Source: Desulfuromonadales bacterium (GTDB lineage: Bacteria; Desulfobacterota; Desulfuromonadia; Desulfuromonadales; JAGXHI01). From it: 64,000 nt of DNA. Numbering within the stretch: the first letter of the stretch is position 1; each line of letters begins with the position of its first letter. A program made the translations under genes and the position numbers. Location: the NCBI GenBank assembly GCA_024636295.1, contig JAGXHI010000028.1:21565-85564 (forward strand). Reading direction: 5' to 3'. This document shows positions 29,272-37,779 of the stretch, in pieces. The notes beneath the pieces were generated by a model. That model saw nothing but the letters and a program-made list of their open reading frames with translations. It did no database searches and was not told where the DNA came from.

Positions 29272-30066
29272 ATGCCAGAGGTTCATTCCACGGCTTTTGT
29301 AGATTCTACGGCCCGACTCTCCGAAGGAGTCAAGATAGGTCCTCAGGCCTATATCGATGCCGATGTCGCCATCGGGAGAAATACGCGGATCGGCCATGGC
29401 GCCCACATTGGACGCTGGACTACAATGGGAGAGGACAATATCGTTTATCCGGGCGCGGTCATCGGACATGATCCCCAGGATATCGGTTATCGTGGGGAAG
29501 AAGCCTACACGGTGATCGGAAATGGAAATATTTTTCGCGAAGGAACCACTGTCCACCGGGGCAATCGGGGGGGGACTTCTACGCAGATCGGCGACGGCAA
29601 TTTTTTTATGGTCAACAGCCATGTGGCGCATAACTGCCTCATCGGAAATCATGTGATACTTGTCAACGGTTCCCTTCTCGCCGGCCATGTACAGGTGGAT
29701 GATCGAGCCATCATTTCCGGCAATTGCCTCGTGCATCAGTTCGTCCGGATCGGACGCCTCGCATTGATGCGCGGCGGATCGGGAGCCGGAAAGGATATCC
29801 CTCCCTTCTGCATCAACGATCAGCTGAACTGGATCCGGGCTCTCAATCTTGTTGGACTGCGCCGAAACGGATTTGACCAGGGACAAATCGGGGCGCTTAA
29901 GAAGGCATTCCAGATCCTGTTCCGCAGCAATCTCAAACTCAGCGATGCTCTTCTGAAAATTGAGGAGCAGGTGGAACCCACCGAAGGTGTCCGGGTCCTG
30001 CTCGATTTCATCCGCTCCAGCAAAAGGGGGATTGCCGGCGGCCGAAACAGGAATGTGGGGGAGTAA
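29272..30066 (+). CDS. lpxA: acyl-ACP--UDP-N-acetylglucosamine O-acyltransferase
   Basis: 264 aa. Left-handed beta-helix hexapeptide repeats plus an LpxA C-terminal helical domain. Confidence 0.85.
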   Translation: MPEVHSTAFVDSTARLSEGVKIGPQAYIDADVAIGRNTRIGHGAHIGRWTTMGEDNIVYPGAVIGHDPQDIGYRGEEAYTVIGNGNIFREGTTVHRGNRGGTSTQIGDGNFFMVNSHVAHNCLIGNHVILVNGSLLAGHVQVDDRAIISGNCLVHQFVRIGRLALMRGGSGAGKDIPPFCINDQLNWIRALNLVGLRRNGFDQGQIGALKKAFQILFRSNLKLSDALLKIEEQVEPTEGVRVLLDFIRSSKRGIAGGRNRNVGE

Positions 30067-30070
30067 AAAA

Positions 30071-30553
30071 ATGTCCTTCAATCACTTCGATGCCTCGGGA
30101 AAGGCGGTGATGGTCGACGTCAGCGGAAAGGAAATAACTCTGCGCACTGCTGTGGCCCGTGCGCGGGTTCACCTCAAACCTGAAACTCTGCGTGAAATCC
30201 GGGAAGGCAAATTGGCCAAGGGAGATGTTCTTGCGGTCGCCCGGCTGGCGGGGATTTCCGCCGCCAAGAAAACGCCTGATCTCATCCCTCTCGCGCACCC
30301 ACTGGCCATCCATCACGTATCGGTTGACTTCTCTGAGTTCCTGGACCAGGGCCACCTCGATATCACCGCCACTATCAAGGCGGCAGAAAGAACTGGTGTG
30401 GAAATGGAGGCGATGGTTTCCGCAACGGTGACCGCCCTGACCATCTATGACATGTGCAAAGGAGCGGACAAGAGCATTTCGATCGGGGAAATCGTTCTTT
30501 TGTACAAAGAAGGGGGCAAAAGCGGCATCTTTCGAAGGGATGAACAGGAATGA
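30071..30553 (+). CDS. moaC: cyclic pyranopterin monophosphate synthase MoaC
   Basis: Start chosen at MSFNHFDASGKAVMVDVSGK. Also KGDVLAVARLAGISAAKKTPDLIPLAHP. Confidence 0.9.
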   Translation: MSFNHFDASGKAVMVDVSGKEITLRTAVARARVHLKPETLREIREGKLAKGDVLAVARLAGISAAKKTPDLIPLAHPLAIHHVSVDFSEFLDQGHLDITATIKAAERTGVEMEAMVSATVTALTIYDMCKGADKSISIGEIVLLYKEGGKSGIFRRDEQE

Positions 30554-31047
30554 ATGTCGCCATTCTGACCATCAGCGACAGAAGCTTTCGCGGGGAAAGA
30601 GATGACATGACAGGGCCGGCCCTGAAATCCTGGCTGGAAGCCCGAGGGGTAGCGGTGCTTGCCATGATGGTCGTTCCCGATGAGGAAGATGCCATTTCGC
30701 ACACACTCCAGGAATGGGCCGACGACAGGGCGTTTGATCTCATTATCACCAACGGCGGGACCGGGGTTGCACCAAGAGACGTGACTCCTGAAGCGACACG
30801 GAAGATCCTCCACAGGGAAATTCCCGGCCTGAGCGAGATCATGCGCCTGAAGAGCCTTGAGAAAACCCCCATGGCTGTCCTCTCCCGGGCCATCGCCGGC
30901 AGCCGGGGCCGAACCCTGATCATCAACCTTCCTGGAAGCCCGCAGGGGGCGGTGGAAAATCTCGAAGCGGCCTGGCCCGCGATTCCACACGCTGTAGCCA
31001 AAATCCAGGGAGATCCGAGCGACTGCGCTCCCCTGGAAGAGGCATGA
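30550..31047 (+). CDS. mog: molybdopterin adenylyltransferase MogA/MoaB family
   Basis: 165 aa. LIITNGGTGVAPRDVTPEAT motif. Overlaps moaC by 4 bp. Confidence 0.85.
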   Translation: MNVAILTISDRSFRGERDDMTGPALKSWLEARGVAVLAMMVVPDEEDAISHTLQEWADDRAFDLIITNGGTGVAPRDVTPEATRKILHREIPGLSEIMRLKSLEKTPMAVLSRAIAGSRGRTLIINLPGSPQGAVENLEAAWPAIPHAVAKIQGDPSDCAPLEEA

Positions 31048-31102
31048 CGAGTACCGCCCGAGCTCTTTCCCACTTCCTCTTTCCTGTCTTGCGAGGATCA
31101 CT

Positions 31103-31438
31103 ATGGCGGATTTTCTTCACATCGACCAGATGGACTGGAAACCGGTCCGTTCCGGTCTGACGACCGGCGTCACAGGAAAAACTTTGCTGGAAGGTCCAAC
31201 GAAGGCGGTATTGACCCGGGTGGCGCCGGGGGGTTGCTTCCGGCCCCATGGGGACCCCTATGCTCACCTTTTTCATATTCTTGTGGGGCAGGCACGCGTA
31301 ACGGCCGGAAGTCAAACCTCCATTCTCGGCCCGGGTTCGGTGGTGCGGATCGATGCCGGAGAAATTCACGGTTATGAGAATGTGGGAACCGGGGAATTGC
31401 TCCTCCTCTCTCTCAACCTCCCCACGGAGGAAGAGTAG
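31103..31438 (+). CDS. cupin domain protein
   Basis: 111 aa. Single cupin barrel pattern (HGDPYAHLFHILVG...G...IDAGEIHGYEN). Confidence 0.6.
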   Translation: MADFLHIDQMDWKPVRSGLTTGVTGKTLLEGPTKAVLTRVAPGGCFRPHGDPYAHLFHILVGQARVTAGSQTSILGPGSVVRIDAGEIHGYENVGTGELLLLSLNLPTEEE

Positions 31439-31689
31439 AATCCGCACAAACCAGCTTGCGCACTCCCTTTCTCTGTCCGTTGAACCAAAAAAATTCTTTT
31501 CCTCTTCATGTGAGAGTTTTTTCGCGAGAAGAAACAGGCACTGGCGATACCGGCGCACCATGGAAGGTGTGGAAGAGCGCTCAACCTGGCTCTCTTTCCT
31601 GCAGTGGGGCCATCTTCGGCGATCTATTAGGTGGAGATCCTCATCCAGGATGGTAGACTTTATCCGGCATACCTTTGAACGGGAGACAA

Positions 31690-33015
31690 ATGGATAACGT
31701 TCTCGCCGCACGCGCCCTGATGGGCGTTTCGCTTGGCTTCCATATCATCTACGCCACCATCGGGGTCGGTCTTCCTCTGATGCTCATGATTGCGGAGGGG
31801 ATCGCTCTTCGCACCGGCCAGGAACTGTATCACCAGATGGCGCGCAGATGGATCCGGCCCGCAGCGGTTCTTTTTGCTATCGGCGCCGTCTCGGGCACCA
31901 TTCTTTCTTTCGAGCTTGGCTTTCTGTGGCCCCGGTTCATGGAATTCAGCGGCCCCATGATCGGACTTCCCTTCTGGATGGAGGGATACGCATTCTTTAC
32001 GGAAGCGATATTCCTCGCCCTCTATCTTTATGGGGCCGCACGTCTCTCCCGGAAAGCCCTTTTTCTCTGCACGATTCCCATGGCTGTCGCTGCCGCGGCT
32101 TCGGCTGTTTTCGTCATCAGCGCGAATTCATGGATGAACACCCCCTCCGGGTTCACCCTGGAAGCGGGATCTCTTGCAAACGTCAGCCCCCTGAAAGCCA
32201 TGGCCAATCCCGCCTGGGCGCACCAGGCGGTCCATGGAACGGTTGCCGCCTACGTGGCGACCTGTTTTGCCATGGCGGGAGTATACGCCCTTGCTCTGCT
32301 CCGTGGAAAGGCCTCGGAATATAATCGAAAAGCCCTGACACTCTCCCTGGCAGTGGGGACCATTTTCCTCCCATTCATGCTGATATCCGGAGACTGGGCT
32401 TCCGCCTTTCTGGCCAAACATGAAAAAGCCAAGCTTGCGGCGGCCGAATCACACTTCAAAACCATGTCGGGCGCACCGCTCACAATTGGCGGATGGCCTG
32501 ATCTGGAAGCGGAGCGGGTCCGGTTCGGAATCGAGATCCCTTATGCCTTGAGTCTTCTCGCTCATCGAGATCCGTTTGCCGAAGTGACGGGGCTCGATGC
32601 CTTCCCTCCCGACCAGAGGCCCGACCCCCGTCTCGTTCATCCATTTTTTACCCTGATGGTGGGGGGCTTTTTCATTATGGCTGCCGCCGCAGTCGCCTTT
32701 TGGTGGCGACTTTGGCGTGGAAAGGGTATCCCGGAGACTAAAAATCTCATGCGCTTGATTCTGATCGCTTCTCCCTTCGGGCTTATCGCCCTGGAGAGCG
32801 GGTGGCTGGTCACCGAATTCGGACGGCAGCCCTGGGTTGTTATGGATATTATGAAGGTCTCCGAGGGCGCAACGCCCAATGAAGGCATAGGAATCGTTTT
32901 CTTTATTTTCATGGCAGTTTACGCGGCGCTCACAGCTGGTCTTTTTAAAACGTTGATGCGCCGCGGACCGGAAAGAATCGAGGCAACGCAGGAGGGACGC
33001 CGTGTGGACGATTAG
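31690..33015 (+). CDS. cydA: cytochrome bd-type quinol oxidase subunit I
   Basis: ATG 31690 is preferred (GGGAGA upstream). MDNVLAARALMGVSLGFHIIYA N-terminus. Short Q-loop type, about 441 aa. Confidence 0.9.
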   Translation: MDNVLAARALMGVSLGFHIIYATIGVGLPLMLMIAEGIALRTGQELYHQMARRWIRPAAVLFAIGAVSGTILSFELGFLWPRFMEFSGPMIGLPFWMEGYAFFTEAIFLALYLYGAARLSRKALFLCTIPMAVAAAASAVFVISANSWMNTPSGFTLEAGSLANVSPLKAMANPAWAHQAVHGTVAAYVATCFAMAGVYALALLRGKASEYNRKALTLSLAVGTIFLPFMLISGDWASAFLAKHEKAKLAAAESHFKTMSGAPLTIGGWPDLEAERVRFGIEIPYALSLLAHRDPFAEVTGLDAFPPDQRPDPRLVHPFFTLMVGGFFIMAAAAVAFWWRLWRGKGIPETKNLMRLILIASPFGLIALESGWLVTEFGRQPWVVMDIMKVSEGATPNEGIGIVFFIFMAVYAALTAGLFKTLMRRGPERIEATQEGRRVDD

Positions 33016-34024
33016 CCATATTGCCGCATCCATTCTACTCCTGGGCCTCATCATGTACGCAGCTTTCGGAGGGGCGGATTTTGGCGGAGGCATCTGGACC
33101 GCCCTGGCTTCCGGTCCCCGAAAACGGGAACAAAGGGAAAGTCTTTTTCAGGCAATCGGTCCGGTCTGGGAAACCAATCATGTCTGGCTGATTTTTGTAG
33201 TGGTCGTTCTTTTCATGGTCTTTCCCCGAGCTTTCTCGACTCTTTTTATAGCCCTGTTGGTCCCTTTGGTCATTGCGCTGATCGGCATCAATTTTCGGGG
33301 TGCAGCCTTCGCCTTCCGTCATTTTGGAGAGGAAGATGGCGGGGGCGTTCCCCTGATCGCACGTACTTTTGAAATTTCCAGTATCTTGACCCCATTTGCC
33401 ATGGGAATGGCGGTAACTGCTGTTGCTCAGGGAAAAATTCAGATCGTGGATGGCAAGGTCCTTTTCGGCCTATGGAGCTGGATCACCCCTTTCACACTGA
33501 TGGGCGGCCTCATAGGACTGGCGATCTGTGCGTATCTGGCGCCCATTTACATGACAGTACGCACGAAAGGGGAACTTCAGGAAGATTTCCGGAAACGGGG
33601 AATGACCGCCGGATGGGCGCTTGGAATTCTGACGGCCCTCGAGGTCCCGATCGCCTTTTTCGATGCACCCGTTTTCGCCGATCGATTCCTTCTGCCGCGA
33701 ACATTGATCTGCATTGCCCTGGCGATCGGGTTCGGGGTTCTGACGGAAGTCCTTCTCTGGAGAAAACGGTACATGGGGGCGCAGATTGCCGCCGGCGGGA
33801 CAATCGCCTTGACCTTTGCCGGATTCGGAGCCGCCCTCTATCCGGACCTCATCCTGGATCAACTCACAATTGCAGAGGCTGCAGCTCCCCGGGAAACCAT
33901 CCTTGCCTTTTTCACAGTCCTTCCTTTCGGCATAGCCGTTTTGGCGCCATCTCTGTTTTTCCTGTACTGGACCTTTCGAGGCCCGCCGGATCCGGAAATC
34001 CCTCCCGATGACCTCAAGACCTGA
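33002..34024 (+). CDS. cydB: cytochrome bd-type quinol oxidase subunit II
   Basis: 340 aa. GTG start overlapping the cydA end. GGADFGGGIW motif. Confidence 0.9.
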   Translation: MWTISHIAASILLLGLIMYAAFGGADFGGGIWTALASGPRKREQRESLFQAIGPVWETNHVWLIFVVVVLFMVFPRAFSTLFIALLVPLVIALIGINFRGAAFAFRHFGEEDGGGVPLIARTFEISSILTPFAMGMAVTAVAQGKIQIVDGKVLFGLWSWITPFTLMGGLIGLAICAYLAPIYMTVRTKGELQEDFRKRGMTAGWALGILTALEVPIAFFDAPVFADRFLLPRTLICIALAIGFGVLTEVLLWRKRYMGAQIAAGGTIALTFAGFGAALYPDLILDQLTIAEAAAPRETILAFFTVLPFGIAVLAPSLFFLYWTFRGPPDPEIPPDDLKT

Positions 34025-34108
34025 CTCCACCTCCCTCCATCTCGAAGTGGCGAAATGTCACCTTCCCTGTTATCATTAACATGAAATCAACCAGTTTCGG
34101 GTGCATGA

Positions 34109-34795
34109 ATGAAGAAAAGATCCCGCATATTTCTTCCACTTCTCGTCCTTGCTTTCGGGATTGTTCTGCTGGCATTTTTTTTCGTTTCCCGCAATCTGGA
34201 CTCCTTTGTTGCCGCGGCCATCGAAGCCTACAGTTCTGATGCAGCAGGAGTCCCGGTGAAAGTGAAAAATCTGGATCTCCAACTTCGGGATGGCGAGGGC
34301 GCAATCGATCGTATATTCGTTTCCAATCCCAATGGATTCTCAAACGATCCAATTTTCAGCCTTGAGAAGATCCGACTGGCCATGGTTCCCGGACCCCTCA
34401 CCTCCGAAGGGTCGATCATCAAGGAGATCCATGTCCAGACTCCGACATTCCTTTATGAAGTCAATGAAAGCGGAGAAATCAATCTGGATGCGCTCCGGGA
34501 GAATCTGCGGCAATTCACCCAACGGAAAGAGGAACAGGACCCGAGTGAAAAATCGGCGCTGAATCTTCGGATCGAGAGCCTGATTATTGAACAGGGAAAG
34601 ACAATTTTCGATTTTACCGCCGTGGGAGGGAAACGGATTGAAGCCGAACGGCCTCGCATGGTCCTGACAGACATCGGCGGGGAAGAAGGCATCACGCCCG
34701 AAGGTCTCTCTGGGGCGGTCTTCTCCGCATTGATTCGGGAACTGGAGGAATCCGCCGCAGAGCAGGGACTTGAACAGGCGACAGGAGGTGGGTGA
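34109..34795 (+). CDS. hypothetical membrane-anchored protein
   Basis: 228 aa. One N-terminal TM segment (IFLPLLVLAFGIVLLAFFFV). No family recognised with confidence. Confidence 0.55.
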   Translation: MKKRSRIFLPLLVLAFGIVLLAFFFVSRNLDSFVAAAIEAYSSDAAGVPVKVKNLDLQLRDGEGAIDRIFVSNPNGFSNDPIFSLEKIRLAMVPGPLTSEGSIIKEIHVQTPTFLYEVNESGEINLDALRENLRQFTQRKEEQDPSEKSALNLRIESLIIEQGKTIFDFTAVGGKRIEAERPRMVLTDIGGEEGITPEGLSGAVFSALIRELEESAAEQGLEQATGGG

Positions 34796-34845
34796 AAGAT
34801 GAAATCTACAAACCTGACGAAATTCACAGCCGGAGGATCTGGAAA

Positions 34846-35593
34846 TGCGAGATAATGATGAACTTAAATCTTTAGTCCTTCAGAAGTACCAGAAAGCGGC
34901 AGAACCGCGGAAGAACTATTCAATTTTCCGACGGGGACGGGCGGAACAAGAGCTCTGGGCTACAATCCTTACATGATCAAGGCAGCTCCCGAAGATATGA
35001 TGAAGAGTTACTGCGGAGTGGGCAATCCCTTCACCCTGAGAAATGTGATTCCCGACACCGACCTTCTGGATGTGGGGTGCGGTTCGGGCTTCGACCTTTT
35101 CTGTGCCAGCCATGCCGTTGGCCCTCTGGGAAAAGTCTTTGGAATAGACTTATCTCCGGCCATGGTGGCAAAGGCCGAAAGGGGATTGGCGAAAACGGGG
35201 CGGCAAAATGCCGAGGTGAAAGTCGCAGATGCCGAAAACCTGCCCTTCGAAGAAGGAAAATTCGATACGGTCATCTCAAACGGAACCCTTAATCTGATTC
35301 CCGATAAGGAGCGTGCTGTATCAGAAATTTATCGTGTTCTCGCTCCCGGCGGTTATTTTTTATGTGCCGATATGGTCCGCAGGGAGGATGCGCCTCCAGT
35401 TGATGGTGAAAGGCGCGACTGGGACCAATGAATCGGAGGTGCCGTCCCGGTCGGGGATGTGATAAAAATGCTTAAAAAAGTTGGCTTCGGTGAGGTTGAA
35501 TACAGGGGGACCAGCGGTTTCGTCTCTTCTCAGATGACGGAAAGTGCCTTGTTCAGAGCCCGGAAACCCGAGGTCGGGATTAAAATGAAGTAG
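34846..35593 (+). CDS. ArsM/UbiE-like class I SAM-dependent methyltransferase; candidate selenoprotein (in-frame UGA 35429-35431) with apparent 1-nt frameshift near 34917-34921
   Basis: ORF 34973-35431 (GVGNPF, LDVGCGSGFD, ISNGTLNL). It continues in the same frame after the TGA for 53 codons (IGGAVPVGDVIKMLKKVGFGEV...ALFRARKP). The TGA sits where homologs have the Cys of the W..C(I/V).GA motif. The N-terminal MRDNDELKSLVLQKYQKAAE is in another frame. Confidence 0.6.
35442..35460 (+). promoter_or_regulatory. SECIS-like hairpin downstream of UGA
   Basis: Stem CGUCCC(35443-35448)/GGGAUG(35454-35459) with apical loop GGUCG, starting 12 nt after the UGA. The GGUC loop resembles the E. coli fdhF SECIS apical loop. 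Confidence 0.5.
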
Positions 35594-35607
35594 ATGATGT
35601 GATGCGA

Positions 35608-35681
35608 ACAAAAAAAGCCCCGAAAGCAGGAGGGAAAAAACTTTCAGGGCTAAAGAGGAAGCTAGCTTCCTTGCTAGTGTT
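35608..35681 (-). ncRNA. sRNA candidate A (or 3' terminator module) with CCCUCCU loop
   Basis: Minus strand: TTGACA (35717-35712), 18-nt spacer, TATAGT (35693-35688). Then hairpin AGGAAG-CUAG-CUUCCU. Then an 11-bp terminator stem with loop UUUUUUCCCUCCUG followed by U7. Confidence 0.45.
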
Positions 35682-36170
35682 GACTTAACTATAACCTTCC
35701 CAGTCTTCTTTTGTCAACCCCTTCCCGCTTTAAAAATCCACACCTGCGAAATGATCAACTTCTCCAGCGATGGCGCCGATTCCTGTTTCTGAGATCCTGA
35801 TTTTTCCGGCGGGAATTTCGTCGTTGTATTTTCTTATGGCAAATGGTAAGGTATAAAACATTGTTTGTTAAGTCTGTTGGTTTTGATTTTTTTCGAACTC
35901 TCTCGATATTGAACACCAAACCATTTTCAGGCTCGAATTCTTTATGCACATATTTCCCCTCGGCATTAATGCAACCCCCATTTCGGGAAACGATTTTTTA
36001 TTGATCCGGGGATTTTCATTTTCCCCGCTGGAAGATTGCCACCCGTTCCTGCGATTCGTCTCTGGGGTGGCTGACTCCGGCAAGACACGGGACACAACAC
36101 CGACCGCTTGATTCCCATATCCATTCGGCTGTCGGAACCCGAATCCCCATTCCAACACTTCGAGGATGTG

Positions 36171-36785
36171 ATGAAAAGAATAATCATTCTGCTGAAACTG
36201 AGTGTTTTGGGAATCGTATCGGCCGGGTTACTGGGGTTATTGACCGTATCGTCGGAAGCCGCCCGGGAAAAGTACTTTGATCGTTCGGGCAGGCTCATCG
36301 TCATTGATAAACCTGCAGCCGACCTCCTACGTACCTACGACACCAAGAATCGACCCCCGGAAAAGTCCTTTCCCGTCCCCCCTCCCCCCTTTACGGAAGG
36401 AATCTTCCCCTGCTCGGACTGCCACGAAGGCATGGAGCCGAATCTGCAGCGCAGAACACTGGAAGACATGCACACCGATATCCTGCTGAATCATGCCGAG
36501 GGACAGCGCTGGTGCCTGGATTGCCACAATCCCGAAGACAGGGACACACTCCGTCTGGTTTCCGGCGAAGTGATTCCTTTTTCCGAATCCTACCGCCTGT
36601 GCGGCCAGTGTCATGGCGATAAATACCGGGACTGGCGCAAAGGAATACATGGAAAGCGTACGGGGTTCTGGAACGGGGACAAGGAATATCTTCTGTGCGC
36701 TCACTGCCACAATCCGCATGACCCGCGATTCAAACCGATTCACCCCATGCCGCCGCCAGAACGCCCGGCGAGAGGACCGCATTAA
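36171..36785 (+). CDS. membrane-anchored tetraheme cytochrome c (module 1)
   Basis: Start at MKRIIILLKLSVLG (GAGGA upstream). Four CxxCH motifs (CSDCH, CLDCH, CGQCH, CAHCH). Confidence 0.85.
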   Translation: MKRIIILLKLSVLGIVSAGLLGLLTVSSEAAREKYFDRSGRLIVIDKPAADLLRTYDTKNRPPEKSFPVPPPPFTEGIFPCSDCHEGMEPNLQRRTLEDMHTDILLNHAEGQRWCLDCHNPEDRDTLRLVSGEVIPFSESYRLCGQCHGDKYRDWRKGIHGKRTGFWNGDKEYLLCAHCHNPHDPRFKPIHPMPPPERPARGPH

Positions 36786-36819
36786 ATACCGTCAACCATC
36801 TGCTGTGGGAGATCGACAG

Positions 36820-37746
36820 ATGTCGGAAAAGAAAAAGTGCGACCCCCGAGTTTTTCAACTGTCCCGCCGCAAAGCCCTGAAGGGGCTAGCGGCCGGAGTC
36901 GGCGTCCTGGCCATCCCCTCTCCAAAAGCTTCAGCGTCGGTCTGGGAATCTTTTTTCCAGAAACATTTCAAAGAGCTCAGCAAAGAAGACCTGCCGAAGG
37001 TGCTTGCGCGAATGGAAGAGCAATACAGCCGGGAATATGGCAGGCCGGTGACAGTAAAGGCGACTCCTCATATCGAAGGGGTCAAATTCGGCTATGGCCT
37101 TGATCTTTCTCGCTGCGTCGGCTGCCGCCGTTGCGTATATGCCTGCGTCTCGGAAAACAATCAGTCTCGCGAGCCCCAGATACATTGGATTCGCGTTGTT
37201 CGGCTGAACAAGGAAAAGGGGATCGACCTCAGTGAAGCCGAGCATTATTACAATCCCAGGGAAGTCCCGGAAAAAGGGCACTTTTACCTGCCCGTCCAGT
37301 GTCAGCAGTGCGAGAACGCTCCCTGCACAAAGGTCTGCCCGGTTCAGGCCACATGGCGGGAAAACGACGGCATCATCGTTGTCGACTACAACTGGTGCAT
37401 CGGATGCCGATACTGCATGGCCGCATGTCCCTACGGCGCGCGCCATTTCAACTGGCGAAAAAGCCGGATTCCAACCGATGAGTTGAATCCGGATACCCAC
37501 TATCTCGGCAACCGGCCCCGCCCGGTAGGAGTCGTCGAGAAATGCACCTTCTGCATTCAAAAAACCCGGGAGATGCCGGGGCGATATCCGGCCTGCGAAG
37601 AAATCTGTCCTGTCGGAGCCCGCAAGTTCGGCAATCTTCTCGACCCCGAGAGCGAAATTCGATACCTGATCGAAAATAAACGTGTTTTCCTTCTCAAAGA
37701 AGACCTGAACACTCAGCCCAAGTTCTTCTATTTCTACGGGTCCTAA
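36820..37746 (+). CDS. periplasmic 4Fe-4S cluster protein, NrfC/HybA/DsrO-like, Tat signal (module 1)
   Basis: Start at MSEKKK...SRRKALKGLAAGVGVLAI (twin-arginine). Four Cys clusters (CVGCRRCVYAC, CQQCENAPC, CIGCRYCMAACP, CTFC...CEEICP). Confidence 0.85.
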   Translation: MSEKKKCDPRVFQLSRRKALKGLAAGVGVLAIPSPKASASVWESFFQKHFKELSKEDLPKVLARMEEQYSREYGRPVTVKATPHIEGVKFGYGLDLSRCVGCRRCVYACVSENNQSREPQIHWIRVVRLNKEKGIDLSEAEHYYNPREVPEKGHFYLPVQCQQCENAPCTKVCPVQATWRENDGIIVVDYNWCIGCRYCMAACPYGARHFNWRKSRIPTDELNPDTHYLGNRPRPVGVVEKCTFCIQKTREMPGRYPACEEICPVGARKFGNLLDPESEIRYLIENKRVFLLKEDLNTQPKFFYFYGS

Positions 37747-37779
37747 TCGGTTACGGGATCTAACCGGCGGAGCGAAATC

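Noticed and set aside
29269-30081. 270-aa minus-strand ORF
   Set aside because: It is the mirror of lpxA. Hexapeptide-repeat genes commonly give long antisense ORFs. The LpxA reading is clearly the real one.
30375-31711. Three overlapping minus-strand ORFs (232, 218 and 262 aa)
   Set aside because: They lie opposite moaC, mog, the cupin gene and the cydA leader. Their composition is Arg/Ser/Pro-rich and no motifs are present.
35730-35949. Small minus-strand ORFs (43 and 64 codons); one contains GKIRISETGIGAIAGEV, reminiscent of Asp23-family N-termini
   Set aside because: They have no Shine-Dalgarno sequence, are far too short for that family, and overlap each other in different frames. They might be another decayed gene remnant, but the evidence is insufficient.
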